Positions 42,139-50,416 of a DNA stretch of 64,000 bases are shown here, one piece after another. The stretch spans positions 64,001 to 128,000 of the forward strand of contig CALKEP010000002.1 of the NCBI GenBank assembly GCA_938084645.1. The letters run 5' to 3'. Under the pieces are notes generated by a model. The model saw only the letters and a list, made by a program, of their open reading frames with translations, was not told where the DNA came from and made no database searches. This stretch comes from an uncultured Phycisphaerales bacterium. GTDB taxonomy: Bacteria > Planctomycetota > Phycisphaerae > Phycisphaerales > SM1A02. A program made the translations under genes and the position numbers. How positions within the stretch are numbered: position 1 is the first letter of the stretch; every line of letters starts with the position of its first letter.

Positions 42139-42857
42139 GCGACGAGCCGATGAACGACGCACCGGTCGCGGTGATCACCGGCGCCGGCTCCGGCGTCGGC
42201 CGGGCGGCCGCGCTCCGACTCGCATCGCGGGGCTGGCGGTGCGGCCTGCTGGGCCGGACCCGGTCCAAGCTCGAGGCGACCGCGACCGCCACGGACGCTT
42301 CGACCGCCTGCATCGTCCTCGAATGCGATCTCGGCGAACCGGATCAGGTCCGGGACGCGGCTCGACGCGTGCTCGAGACGTTCGGGAGGATCGACGCCGT
42401 GCTCAACATCGCCGGCATCGCCCCGCAGGCCTCGATCCAGGACACCGACGAACACCTGATGCGATCGACGCTCGAGCAGAACCTCATCGGTCCGACGATC
42501 CTCGTCGGCACCGCGTGGCCGTCGCTGGTGGAGCATCGCGGCGTGGTGGTCAACGTGTCTTCGATGAGTTCGATCGATCCCTACCACCACTTCACCGCGT
42601 ACGCGGCGAGCAAGTCCGGACTCGATTCACTGAGTCGGTCGATCATGGCGGAAGCCGGGGAGACCGGAATCCGAGCGTTCACCATCAACCCGGGCGCGGT
42701 CGAGACGCCGCTCCTGCGGAGCCTGGTCGACGAAGCGACCTTCCCGACCGACCTGGCCTATCCACCCGATGCGATCGCGGAGGAGATCCTTCATTGCATC
42801 GATGGCCACCGGGACGACCGCGTCGGACAGCCGTTCCCGATGATCCGCGGCAGTTGA
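42135..42857 (+). CDS. SDR family oxidoreductase
   Basis: 'TGAGSGVG', 'NIAG', 'YAASK', 'NPGAVET'. Confidence 0.92.
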   Translation: MSDEPMNDAPVAVITGAGSGVGRAAALRLASRGWRCGLLGRTRSKLEATATATDASTACIVLECDLGEPDQVRDAARRVLETFGRIDAVLNIAGIAPQASIQDTDEHLMRSTLEQNLIGPTILVGTAWPSLVEHRGVVVNVSSMSSIDPYHHFTAYAASKSGLDSLSRSIMAEAGETGIRAFTINPGAVETPLLRSLVDEATFPTDLAYPPDAIAEEILHCIDGHRDDRVGQPFPMIRGS

Positions 42858-42873
42858 CCCGCGATCGCCGATG

Positions 42874-43362
42874 TCAGCCTCGTCGACGAAGCGCTCGATC
42901 CATGTCGCGTTGAGCCTCGCGTTTGGCGATGTCCTGCCGCTTGTCGGCCTTCTTTCGACCCTCGGCGACCCCCACCACGAGCTTCGCGCGGCCGTTCACG
43001 AAGACGATTCGAAGTGGAACGAGGGTCGCGTTGTCCGCGTCCTGGACGTTCGCAAGCCTCCGAATCTCCTTCTTATGGGCGAGCAGTCGTCGCGGCCGGA
43101 CGGGATCGTGCTGTCGGTGCGGGCCCGCCGGCGGGTATTCCGCCACGTGAACCCCCATCAGGGTCAGCGTCGGCGGATCCGCCACCGCCCGGACCCAGCC
43201 TTCGGCGAGGCTCGCCCGGCCCGCTCGGATCGACTTCACTTCCGTTCCACGGAGCACGAGCCCGCATTCGAGCGTGTCCCCGATGCGGAAATCATGACGA
43301 GCCCGGCGATTTTCGATCGTCGGGGCGTCCGAAGTCGGGTTTTTCCGGTTTCCCTTGGCCAT
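42874..43362 (-). CDS. smpB: SsrA-binding protein
   Basis: 'ENRRARHDF', 'GLVLRGTEVKSIR', 'RRLLAHKKEI', 'DKRQ'. Confidence 0.97.
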   Translation of the reverse strand: MAKGNRKNPTSDAPTIENRRARHDFRIGDTLECGLVLRGTEVKSIRAGRASLAEGWVRAVADPPTLTLMGVHVAEYPPAGPHRQHDPVRPRRLLAHKKEIRRLANVQDADNATLVPLRIVFVNGRAKLVVGVAEGRKKADKRQDIAKREAQRDMDRALRRRG

Positions 43363-43466
43363 CCGAACCCGTCAAGGTAGACCACCCGCACCCCGGGTAC
43401 AAGGTCCGATTCGAACGCCACACAGCGAAATTTCGACGAAGAAGGCCCTTCGATTCGGTGATTTTC

Positions 43467-43493
43467 GGAACCAAGTGTTTGTCCCACCGTCAA
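43467..43493 (+). promoter_or_regulatory. Candidate ECF-sigma promoter
   Basis: GGAACC-N16-GTCAA about 70 nt upstream of the protease ATG. Confidence 0.45.
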
Positions 43494-43560
43494 TATCCGG
43501 CAACAATCGGTTGTTCGTGCTCCGTCAAGACGACACATCCCTCCCCTCCAGGACCCCCAG

Positions 43561-46377
43561 ATGCTGATCAAGTCCCTCTCTGTCGCCGCACTGATGCTGG
43601 CGGTCCCCGTTCTCGGCGCGGCCTCGATGTCCGATCGAGGAACACCGGTCGACCCGACCCCTCGTACCGCACTCGCCGTCGCCACGACTCCGATCGACGA
43701 TTTCGACCAGGGCTGGATGGCGTTCACGGACGAGCACCCCGGTGTCGCACGCACGATGCGGATGGGTCGTCTCGAGCGGATCTACGGTGCGGCCTTCTCC
43801 ACCGGCGATCACGCCGCGGACAGCGCCGGCCGCTTCGTTCAGGAGAATGCGGAGCGACTCTTCGGCATCCAACCCGAGCAGTTCCTTCCGATCGGTCCCT
43901 GGCTGAGTCAGGAGCACGTGCTTCCGCTGGTGACCGATCCGGTGACCGGCGACGCGAAGTTCATGCTCGTGGGGTACGTCCCGCACGTCGACGGAACGCC
44001 CGTCTTCGACGCCGCGATTCGAGTCCTCGTCCGCAACGAACCCGGATTCCCCACGGTCCTCGTGTCCGCACAGGTTCCGGAACTGGGTGACTTCGCCCTT
44101 CCCGGCGGTCTCCTTCCCGGCGGTCTCGATGCCGATCGCTTCGCCGCCGAGGCGCGAATGCGTTTCCGTGACTCCGAGATCTCCGGAATCCGACCCGTGG
44201 TGTACGCGGGCAGTGACGGCACCTCGCTTCCGCCGCGTGCCGGCGTCGACTTCACCATCACCGGGAGCGGCGCCGATGGCGCGTATTCGAAGTGGCGTTT
44301 CGTGGCCGATCCCGCCACCGGTGAGATCATCCACGAGCAGAACGAGATCCTCCACGCCGACGTCAACGTGCAGGTGATGGCCAACCGGACCACGGAGTTC
44401 TCGATGGAGTGCGGTCCCGAGATCATGGGCCCGCTCCCCCACGCCCGCGTGACGGTGGGCGGCACGGTCTACGTCGCGGACGAGAACGGCATCGCCACCA
44501 TTCCGAACGGCGGTAGCGGATCGGTGACCGCGAACGTCGAAGCGAGAACCCGCTGGTTCAACGTCGACAACGGAGCCGGCGACACCAGCGTGACCGTCCC
44601 CTCCGGTGGCAACGGAATCGCGGTCATCAACGCGGACAACTCGTCCGACACGCAGCGGGCCTACGCCAACACGATCTACTTCGCCGAAGAGGTCCGGAAC
44701 TTCACGCTCCAGTACAACTCGAGCTACCCGGTCATCTCGAACCAGGAGAACTTCACGATCAACACCGGCGTCTCCGGCACCTGCAACGCCTACTACGACG
44801 GTGGCTCGATCAACTTCTACAACGCGGGTGGCGGTTGTGCGAACACCGCGATCGACGTGGTCATCCACCACGAGTACGGACACCACCTCGTCAACACCGC
44901 AGGCTCCGGCCAGCAGAGCTACGGCGAGGGTGCGGGCGACACCTGCGGCGTGCTCATCACCGGCGATCCGCGACTCGCGGTCGGCTTCTTCATGAACCAG
45001 TGCGACGAGGGGATCCGGAACGCGGACAACAACTGCAGCTACTCCCCCACCGGATGTTCGTCATGCGGCAGTGCGATCCACACCTGCGGACAGGTGCTCT
45101 CCGGCATGGCCTGGGAGATCCGGGAGAAGTTGATCGCGGCGGGCAAGCCCACGTCGATCATCGAGTCGCACTTCTTCAACTCGATCCCGATGCACAACGG
45201 CAGCGCGATCAACGAAGCGATCGTCATCGACTGGCTCACGCTCGACGATGACAACGGCAACATCCTCGACGGCACTCCCAACTACGCCGAGATCAGCGGC
45301 GGCGCGGGCGTGAAGGGGCTTCCCGGCCCGGAGCTCCAGCTTCTGGTGTTCGAATTCCCGGATGGCCGTCCCAACACCATCGACCCGGCGACCGGCGCGA
45401 CCTTCACCGTCGACGTCCTCCCGCTCGGTGACAATCCCACACCTTCCAACGCCCGGATCTACTTCCGCGAGAGCGGCAGCGTCTGGCAGAATCAGATCAT
45501 GCAGAACCAGGGTGGCAACAGCTACCTCGCCTCGCTTCCCGCCGCCGAGTGCGGTACCACCGTCGACTGGTACGTCTCCGCCAATTCCGGCTCGACCCCG
45601 GTGTCGAGTCCGACCAACGCGCCCTCGGACACCTACAGCTCCCTCAGCGTGATCGACATCGTGGTCGGATACCAGGATGACTTCGAGAAGAGCATCTCGG
45701 GCTGGGTCGTCACCAACGATCCGGGTCTGACCAGCGGCGCCTGGGAGCGTGGCAACCCGGATGGAACGTCGACGCGCGGCGAACCGGACGCGGCCTACGA
45801 GGGTGATTTCTGCCTGCTGACCGAAAACGGCAACGGCAACTTCGACATCGACGGCGGGTGCACGACCATCGCGACCCCGGTGATCGACGCGACGGATCCG
45901 GGCAGCATCATCAAGTACGCTCGCTGGTACGACAACACCGGTGCCGGCACCGGCGCCGATCCGAACAACGACCTGTTCACCATCGAGATCACCGACGATG
46001 GCGTCAACTGGACCGAACTCGAGGTCGTCGGCCCGGTGGCCCAGAGTTCCGGCGGCTGGTATCTGGTGAGTCTCCGGGTCTCCGACTTCGTGGAGAACAC
46101 GGACACCGTCCAGGTTCGTTTCCAGGCGTGCGATCTCAACGACGGCTCGGTCGTCGAAGCGGCGATCGATCTGTTCGTGGTCGAAGCCATCCAGTGCGAC
46201 TCCGACGGCCTGATCGGCGACTTCAACGGCGACTGCATCGTCGACGGCGAAGACTTCGGCTTCCTGCTCACCCAGTGGGGCGAGGTCGATTCCCCGGCCA
46301 ACCTCGACGGCGAAGGCGGCGTCGACGGTTCGGACGTCGGCCTGTTCTTCACCAACTTCGGAAACACCTGCCCCTGA
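43561..46377 (+). CDS. Secreted thermolysin-like (M4/M36-type) zinc metallopeptidase with C-terminal dockerin-like repeats
   Basis: Signal peptide, propeptide-like region, 'CNAYYDG', 'HEYGH...EG.GD', terminal 'GDFNGDCIVDGEDFG..W' and 'NLDGEGGVDGSDVG..F'. Confidence 0.8.
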   Translation: MLIKSLSVAALMLAVPVLGAASMSDRGTPVDPTPRTALAVATTPIDDFDQGWMAFTDEHPGVARTMRMGRLERIYGAAFSTGDHAADSAGRFVQENAERLFGIQPEQFLPIGPWLSQEHVLPLVTDPVTGDAKFMLVGYVPHVDGTPVFDAAIRVLVRNEPGFPTVLVSAQVPELGDFALPGGLLPGGLDADRFAAEARMRFRDSEISGIRPVVYAGSDGTSLPPRAGVDFTITGSGADGAYSKWRFVADPATGEIIHEQNEILHADVNVQVMANRTTEFSMECGPEIMGPLPHARVTVGGTVYVADENGIATIPNGGSGSVTANVEARTRWFNVDNGAGDTSVTVPSGGNGIAVINADNSSDTQRAYANTIYFAEEVRNFTLQYNSSYPVISNQENFTINTGVSGTCNAYYDGGSINFYNAGGGCANTAIDVVIHHEYGHHLVNTAGSGQQSYGEGAGDTCGVLITGDPRLAVGFFMNQCDEGIRNADNNCSYSPTGCSSCGSAIHTCGQVLSGMAWEIREKLIAAGKPTSIIESHFFNSIPMHNGSAINEAIVIDWLTLDDDNGNILDGTPNYAEISGGAGVKGLPGPELQLLVFEFPDGRPNTIDPATGATFTVDVLPLGDNPTPSNARIYFRESGSVWQNQIMQNQGGNSYLASLPAAECGTTVDWYVSANSGSTPVSSPTNAPSDTYSSLSVIDIVVGYQDDFEKSISGWVVTNDPGLTSGAWERGNPDGTSTRGEPDAAYEGDFCLLTENGNGNFDIDGGCTTIATPVIDATDPGSIIKYARWYDNTGAGTGADPNNDLFTIEITDDGVNWTELEVVGPVAQSSGGWYLVSLRVSDFVENTDTVQVRFQACDLNDGSVVEAAIDLFVVEAIQCDSDGLIGDFNGDCIVDGEDFGFLLTQWGEVDSPANLDGEGGVDGSDVGLFFTNFGNTCP

Positions 46378-46392
46378 GCCGGTGACCGAGCG

Positions 46393-46438
46393 AAAAAACG
46401 ACGGGAGGTCGCCTCGGCGACCTCCCGTCTTTTCGTTT
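46393..46438. terminator. Bidirectional intrinsic terminator between convergent genes
   Basis: A6, then 13-bp stem GACGGGAGGTCGC/GCGACCTCCCGTC, then TTTTCGTTT. Confidence 0.85.
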
Positions 46439-46483
46439 CGCCACCTTCATTCGAAGCCCTCGGTGATGCCGCTTCGAGCACCA

Positions 46484-47224
46484 TCAGACGCCGCGGGTGG
46501 TCGGCTCCCAGATGAACTTGTGGAGTTGCATCTGCATGCGGACGGGAAGCCCCGACGCGAGGATCCACTCGGCGAGCCGTCGAGGGTGAAGCCCCGAGGC
46601 CCCGGCGATCTCCAATCCCCTGACCTGTTCGAACACCGGCGAGAAGAGGACGGCCCGGCATCTTTCGAGGAGCCCCAGCGTTCGAACCCGCTCGATCGAC
46701 CAGTCGAAGTCGTTTCGATCGCCGATGACGAACTTCACTTCGTGGTGTGGGCGGAGCGCCGCGATGTTCGAGTCGAGATTTCGGTCGCATTCGCCGCTCG
46801 AGGGTGGCTTGAGATCCATGATGACCTCGGACCGAGGATCGCAGGCCGTGATGTCGCAGGCGCCCGACGTCTCGAACATCACCGTTCGCCCCGCATCCAG
46901 CAAGGCTCGTTCGAGCACGTGGACCTTCTTCTGCAGAAGGGGTTCCCCCCCCGTGATCTCGACGAGATCACAGTCGATCGCGAGGACCTCGTCGAGGATG
47001 TCCCCCACCGATCGACGGTGCCCCTCTCGAAAGGCGTACTCGGTATCGCACCAGCTGCATCGAAGATGGCAGCCGGCCAGCCGAACGAAGATGCAGGGTT
47101 CTCCCGCGCGAGTCGACTCCCCCTGGATCGAGTGGAAGATCTCGTTCAGACGCAGGGCGTCACCATCCTCCGAGCCGTCCGACGCGGTGGTCTGAGAACC
47201 TGTTTCGACGTTGGAATCGGCCAT
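46484..47224 (-). CDS. queE: 7-carboxy-7-deazaguanine synthase (radical SAM)
   Basis: 'EIFHSIQGE', 'RLAGCHLRCSWCDT', 'TGGEPLLQ', 'QLHKFIW'. Confidence 0.93.
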   Translation of the reverse strand: MADSNVETGSQTTASDGSEDGDALRLNEIFHSIQGESTRAGEPCIFVRLAGCHLRCSWCDTEYAFREGHRRSVGDILDEVLAIDCDLVEITGGEPLLQKKVHVLERALLDAGRTVMFETSGACDITACDPRSEVIMDLKPPSSGECDRNLDSNIAALRPHHEVKFVIGDRNDFDWSIERVRTLGLLERCRAVLFSPVFEQVRGLEIAGASGLHPRRLAEWILASGLPVRMQMQLHKFIWEPTTRGV

Positions 47225-47309
47225 TCGCCCATGGTAGGGATCACCAGCCAGCCTCGACACCCGCCGGGGAGTCGGTATACTCCCCGATCCTCTTCATCGA
47301 GGATCCGCA

Positions 47310-47395
47310 GCCCAGATGGCGGAATTGGCAGACGCGCCAGCTTGAGGTGCTGGTGGGAGTAAAATCCCGTGGAGGTTCGAGTCCTCTTCTGGGCA
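47310..47395 (+). tRNA. tRNA-Leu (anticodon GAG); CCA not encoded
   Basis: Acceptor stem GCCCAGA/TCTGGGC, D-arm GCGGAATTGGCAGACGC, anticodon arm CCAGC-TTGAGGT-GCTGG, long variable arm, GGTTCGAGTCC; TATACT at 47276. Confidence 0.97.
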
Positions 47396-47400
47396 TTCAA

Positions 47401-47433
47401 GACGACCCCTGGTTTCGACCGGGGGTCGTTTTT
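47401..47433 (+). terminator. Intrinsic terminator after tRNA-Leu
   Basis: 13-bp stem (with G-U pairs), TTCG loop, T-tract. Confidence 0.8.
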
Positions 47434-47485
47434 CGTCTCGCCGCCGCCTGCGTGCACCTCCGGGCGATCACGATCCGCCCATCGC

Positions 47486-48280
47486 TCAGGAATACACCCA
47501 GCCCTCGACCGCCGCTTCGGACGGGATGACCGTCACCAGTGGGTCGAGGGTGAGCAGCACCGCATCCAGGTCATCACCCCCCTGCCCGGCCACCGCATCA
47601 CGGGCGGCGTCCGCGTCGATGCGGAGCCCCCAGTGGGATCGCGCGGTGGCCAGGATCTCGGCCCGTCGCCGACGGTTGTCGTCGGTCCGACCCTTGTAGC
47701 CACGGGCCGGATCACCCGCACGCTTGAGCAGCGAGGCCGGGCACCCTTCCGCGACCACGACATTGGAACCGCGAGGCCCCGCGAGCGGTTCGACCCGAAC
47801 CCCCGCGGCGGCGAGCGGCACCAACAGCTCCACCATGGCGGTCCAGGTCTGCTTGAAGATCCGCAGGTTCATGGATGCCAGCGGCGTCCATGAATTCCGG
47901 TCGGTGGTCCGACGTGGTTCCTTCCGGGTCATCGACCGAACGCCGCGCCGCCAGTCCCGCGGGGAATCGAACCCCGCCATCCACCGGACCGTCGCCTCCC
48001 AGCTCGGTTCGACCCCGCAAGCCTCCAGCGTCGCGAGCGGCACCCCGAACGGCGCATCGATCAGCCAGCGGTGCTCATCCGGGGTCTCGAGCCCCGAGAT
48101 GATTCGACGACGCAGCCCCGCCCGGTCCAATCGCTCGATCCGCTCGACGACGCCCTGCGGGCCGGCCTCCCGGGTCGCGACGCGAATACCCGCGGCACCG
48201 CCCGCATCGCTCCCGGAGAAGTCGACGCCATGGATGAACCTGCGTCTCGAATCCTCCTGATCTGTTCCTGTTCCCACCAT
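47486..48280 (-). CDS. DUF429-like predicted RNase H-fold nuclease
   Basis: 'GVDFSG', 'IDAPFG', 'EGCPA', 'DDLDAV', C-terminal 'EGWV'. Confidence 0.7.
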   Translation of the reverse strand: MVGTGTDQEDSRRRFIHGVDFSGSDAGGAAGIRVATREAGPQGVVERIERLDRAGLRRRIISGLETPDEHRWLIDAPFGVPLATLEACGVEPSWEATVRWMAGFDSPRDWRRGVRSMTRKEPRRTTDRNSWTPLASMNLRIFKQTWTAMVELLVPLAAAGVRVEPLAGPRGSNVVVAEGCPASLLKRAGDPARGYKGRTDDNRRRRAEILATARSHWGLRIDADAARDAVAGQGGDDLDAVLLTLDPLVTVIPSEAAVEGWVYS

Positions 48281-48364
48281 CCGAAACACCTCCAGGCCGC
48301 CACGCTTCCCACGAGACGATGCTCGCGCGGGGTCACGGACAACCGATCGAACCGGACCTCGGCG

Positions 48365-48595
48365 TCAACCGGGGTGCCGACAGCCACCCTCCGCGACGCC
48401 GCAGGGACAGAAGCCCTCGCCGGTCGGTTGCGGTGATCCGGCCGAGCTCGACATCACGCCGAAGACGCTGTGCCGCCTTCGAAAGGTCCGGTCACGACCC
48501 TCGGGATCGACCACGGGGGCGTCCGCTTCGGCCATCGATCGGAGAAGGGAGATCACTTCACCGTCCTCGGTCGACTCGTATTCGTAAATGGGCAT
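48365..48595 (-). CDS. FmdB-family small protein (variant lacking the CxxC motifs)
   Basis: Starts 'MPIYEY'; SD AGGAG; C-terminal 'CPCG...C'. Confidence 0.75.
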   Translation of the reverse strand: MPIYEYESTEDGEVISLLRSMAEADAPVVDPEGRDRTFRRRHSVFGVMSSSAGSPQPTGEGFCPCGVAEGGCRHPG

Positions 48596-48850
48596 CGATC
48601 CAGGCTCCTGGGTCCGCGGGGGGATCAGGATAGGCCCCTGCCGGAGCTTCGGTTCGAAGACCGGGCTCGAGGCGGGCCACCGACCCCGAGCATCGCTGGA
48701 TATCGCCAATCCGGCCCCCGCAATCCGGAAAATTCCCCTTGAGCGCGATCGTGAAAATCATCACACGGCAGGTCGACCTGGATTTCCCCGACCCCGTCGG
48801 CGGCTCGAAGTCCCCCTCCCAGCACGAACATCTCGATCAAGGAGAAAGAA

Positions 48851-48996
48851 ATGAACACCGATCGCCTCGCACGATACGTGTCTTCAGCGTCCGTTCCGCT
48901 TGCCACCACCCCGTCGCGATTCCTGCGCCGGGCGCCCTCGGACTCCTCGCGCTCGCAGGCGGCGCGGCCGGCATCCGCCGCAAGCGGCAGGCCTGA
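48851..48996 (+). pseudogene. Internally deleted remnant of a PEP-CTERM-like sorted surface protein
   Basis: SD AAGGAG plus 'MNTDRLARYVSSASVPLAT' joined out of frame to 'PVAIPAPGALGLLALAGGAAGIRRKRQA*'. Confidence 0.7.
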
Positions 48997-49104
48997 CCAA
49001 CGCAAGACTTCGGACGGAAGACGACCGTCGGCATCACACGATGTCGGCGGTCATCCTCTTGTGGACGAACCCGTTCCACCCTGAAGGCGATCACGGCGAA
49101 TCCG

Positions 49105-50340
49105 TCACCGTCCACCGCGGCCGCGTGCGGAGGCGGACCCTCGTCCGCCGGAACCTGACTTCCGGCCCGTGCCTCGCGCGGAACCCGTCTTCGACGAGGT
49201 CTTCCGGGCGGCTCCCTTGCCGGCCGATGGTTTCCGCGAGGAGGTCGCCCGCGTGCCGCCGGTACGGGAACCGCTGGATCGGGAACCCCCGGATCGGGAA
49301 CCCCCCGAGCGAGAAGTCCCCGAGCGAGTGGTGCCGGAACGAGCATCGCCGGAACGAGTGGTCCTGCGGCGATCCGCACCCAGGGTCGTCGACTTCCGGC
49401 CGGAGGTCTTCCTGGCGGCGGACTTGTCGCCGGTCCCGCTCGTCTTCGAAGAGATGGTCTTCTCGGTGGTCGACTTCTTGCCGGTCGTCTTCTTGGTGGC
49501 CGCCTTCTTCGCCTTGCGCTTCGACGCCCGGGCGACGGCCTTCTCCCGCCGTTCGACGCGTTGGGATGCACGACGCAGCAAGCCCAGTTCGGCGGGGGTC
49601 AGTTCACGCCAGTCGCCGACCGCGAGTCCCTTCAACTTCAGCGGACCGAGGCGGACTCGGCGAAGCTTCTTCACGGGATGCCCGATCCGATCCATCAATC
49701 TCCGGATCTGCCGGTTGCGCCCTTCGCGGAGTTCGACGTAGAGCCGGGTGCGATCCCGGTCGCGTCGAAGCACCGTCACCCCGGACTCCGCGGTCCTGGT
49801 CGCCTCGCCCTCCCGCCGTCGATCACTCAGGTAGAGGCCCCGGCGGAGCTTCTCCACCGCCTCCTCCTCGAGCCGACCTCGAACCGTGACGTCGTATCCC
49901 TTGTGAACCTCGAAACTCGGGTGGGTCAGACGATTCGCGAGGTCACCGTCGTCGGTGAGCAGCAGCAAACCCGAGCTGTCGATGTCGAGCCGACCGACGG
50001 AGAAGAGCCGGACACCGGAGGGATGGTCGACGAGATCGAGGGCTCGCTTGCGGCCTTCCGGGTCGTTGGAGGTGCAGACGAATCCCCTCGGCTTGAAGAG
50101 CATGATGTAGTGATGCCGTCGAGGCTTCTCGATTCGACGTCCGTTGCAGAAGATCCGGTCGGACTCCGGATCCACGAAGCATGGGAGCTTCTGGATCACG
50201 CGTCCGTTCACCGTCACCGCCCCTTCTTCGACGAGCGATTCACACGCTCGACGCGAGGCGACACCGGCATCGGCGAGCACTCGCTGGATGCGGACGCGGG
50301 AGGAGGATTCGTCATTCTTTCCGGCGCGGGGGGTCGGCAT
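49105..50340 (-). CDS. rRNA pseudouridine synthase (S4 + RsuA/RluB family) with long basic tail
   Basis: 'RIQRVLADAGVASRR', 'KPRGFV', 'VGRLDIDSSGLLLLTDDG', 'EGRNRQIRR'. Confidence 0.93.
   Translation of the reverse strand: MPTPRAGKNDESSSRVRIQRVLADAGVASRRACESLVEEGAVTVNGRVIQKLPCFVDPESDRIFCNGRRIEKPRRHHYIMLFKPRGFVCTSNDPEGRKRALDLVDHPSGVRLFSVGRLDIDSSGLLLLTDDGDLANRLTHPSFEVHKGYDVTVRGRLEEEAVEKLRRGLYLSDRRREGEATRTAESGVTVLRRDRDRTRLYVELREGRNRQIRRLMDRIGHPVKKLRRVRLGPLKLKGLAVGDWRELTPAELGLLRRASQRVERREKAVARASKRKAKKAATKKTTGKKSTTEKTISSKTSGTGDKSAARKTSGRKSTTLGADRRRTTRSGDARSGTTRSGTSRSGGSRSGGSRSSGSRTGGTRATSSRKPSAGKGAARKTSSKTGSARGTGRKSGSGGRGSASARGRGGR
49265..49369 (-). repeat. Seven degenerate 15-nt tandem units encoding R-S-G-x-x pentapeptides
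   Basis: Plus strand CGGGAACCGCTGGAT / CGGGAACCCCCGGAT / CGGGAACCCCCCGAG ...; protein RSGDA-RSGTT-RSGTS-RSGGS-RSGGS-RSSGS. Confidence 0.85.
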
Positions 50341-50416
50341 TCCGATCATTCTATCGGGAGAGCGGCCACCGCCCGGCCGTCCCCCGGATCGGACCCCCAG
50401 TCGGGACAGGAACCCC

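Noticed and set aside
42858..43560. tmRNA adjacent to smpB
   Set aside because: No GGGG.. tRNA-like 5' end or ..CCACCA 3' end, and not enough space
46484..48280. queE plus DUF429 nuclease as a 7-deazaguanine DNA-modification or defence system
   Set aside because: No dpdA/tgt, queC, queD or folE nearby; separated by a tRNA and terminator; an ordinary queuosine role is sufficient
47396..49100. Possible island integrated at tRNA-Leu
   Set aside because: No integrase, no duplicated tRNA 3' end seen, no clear compositional shift
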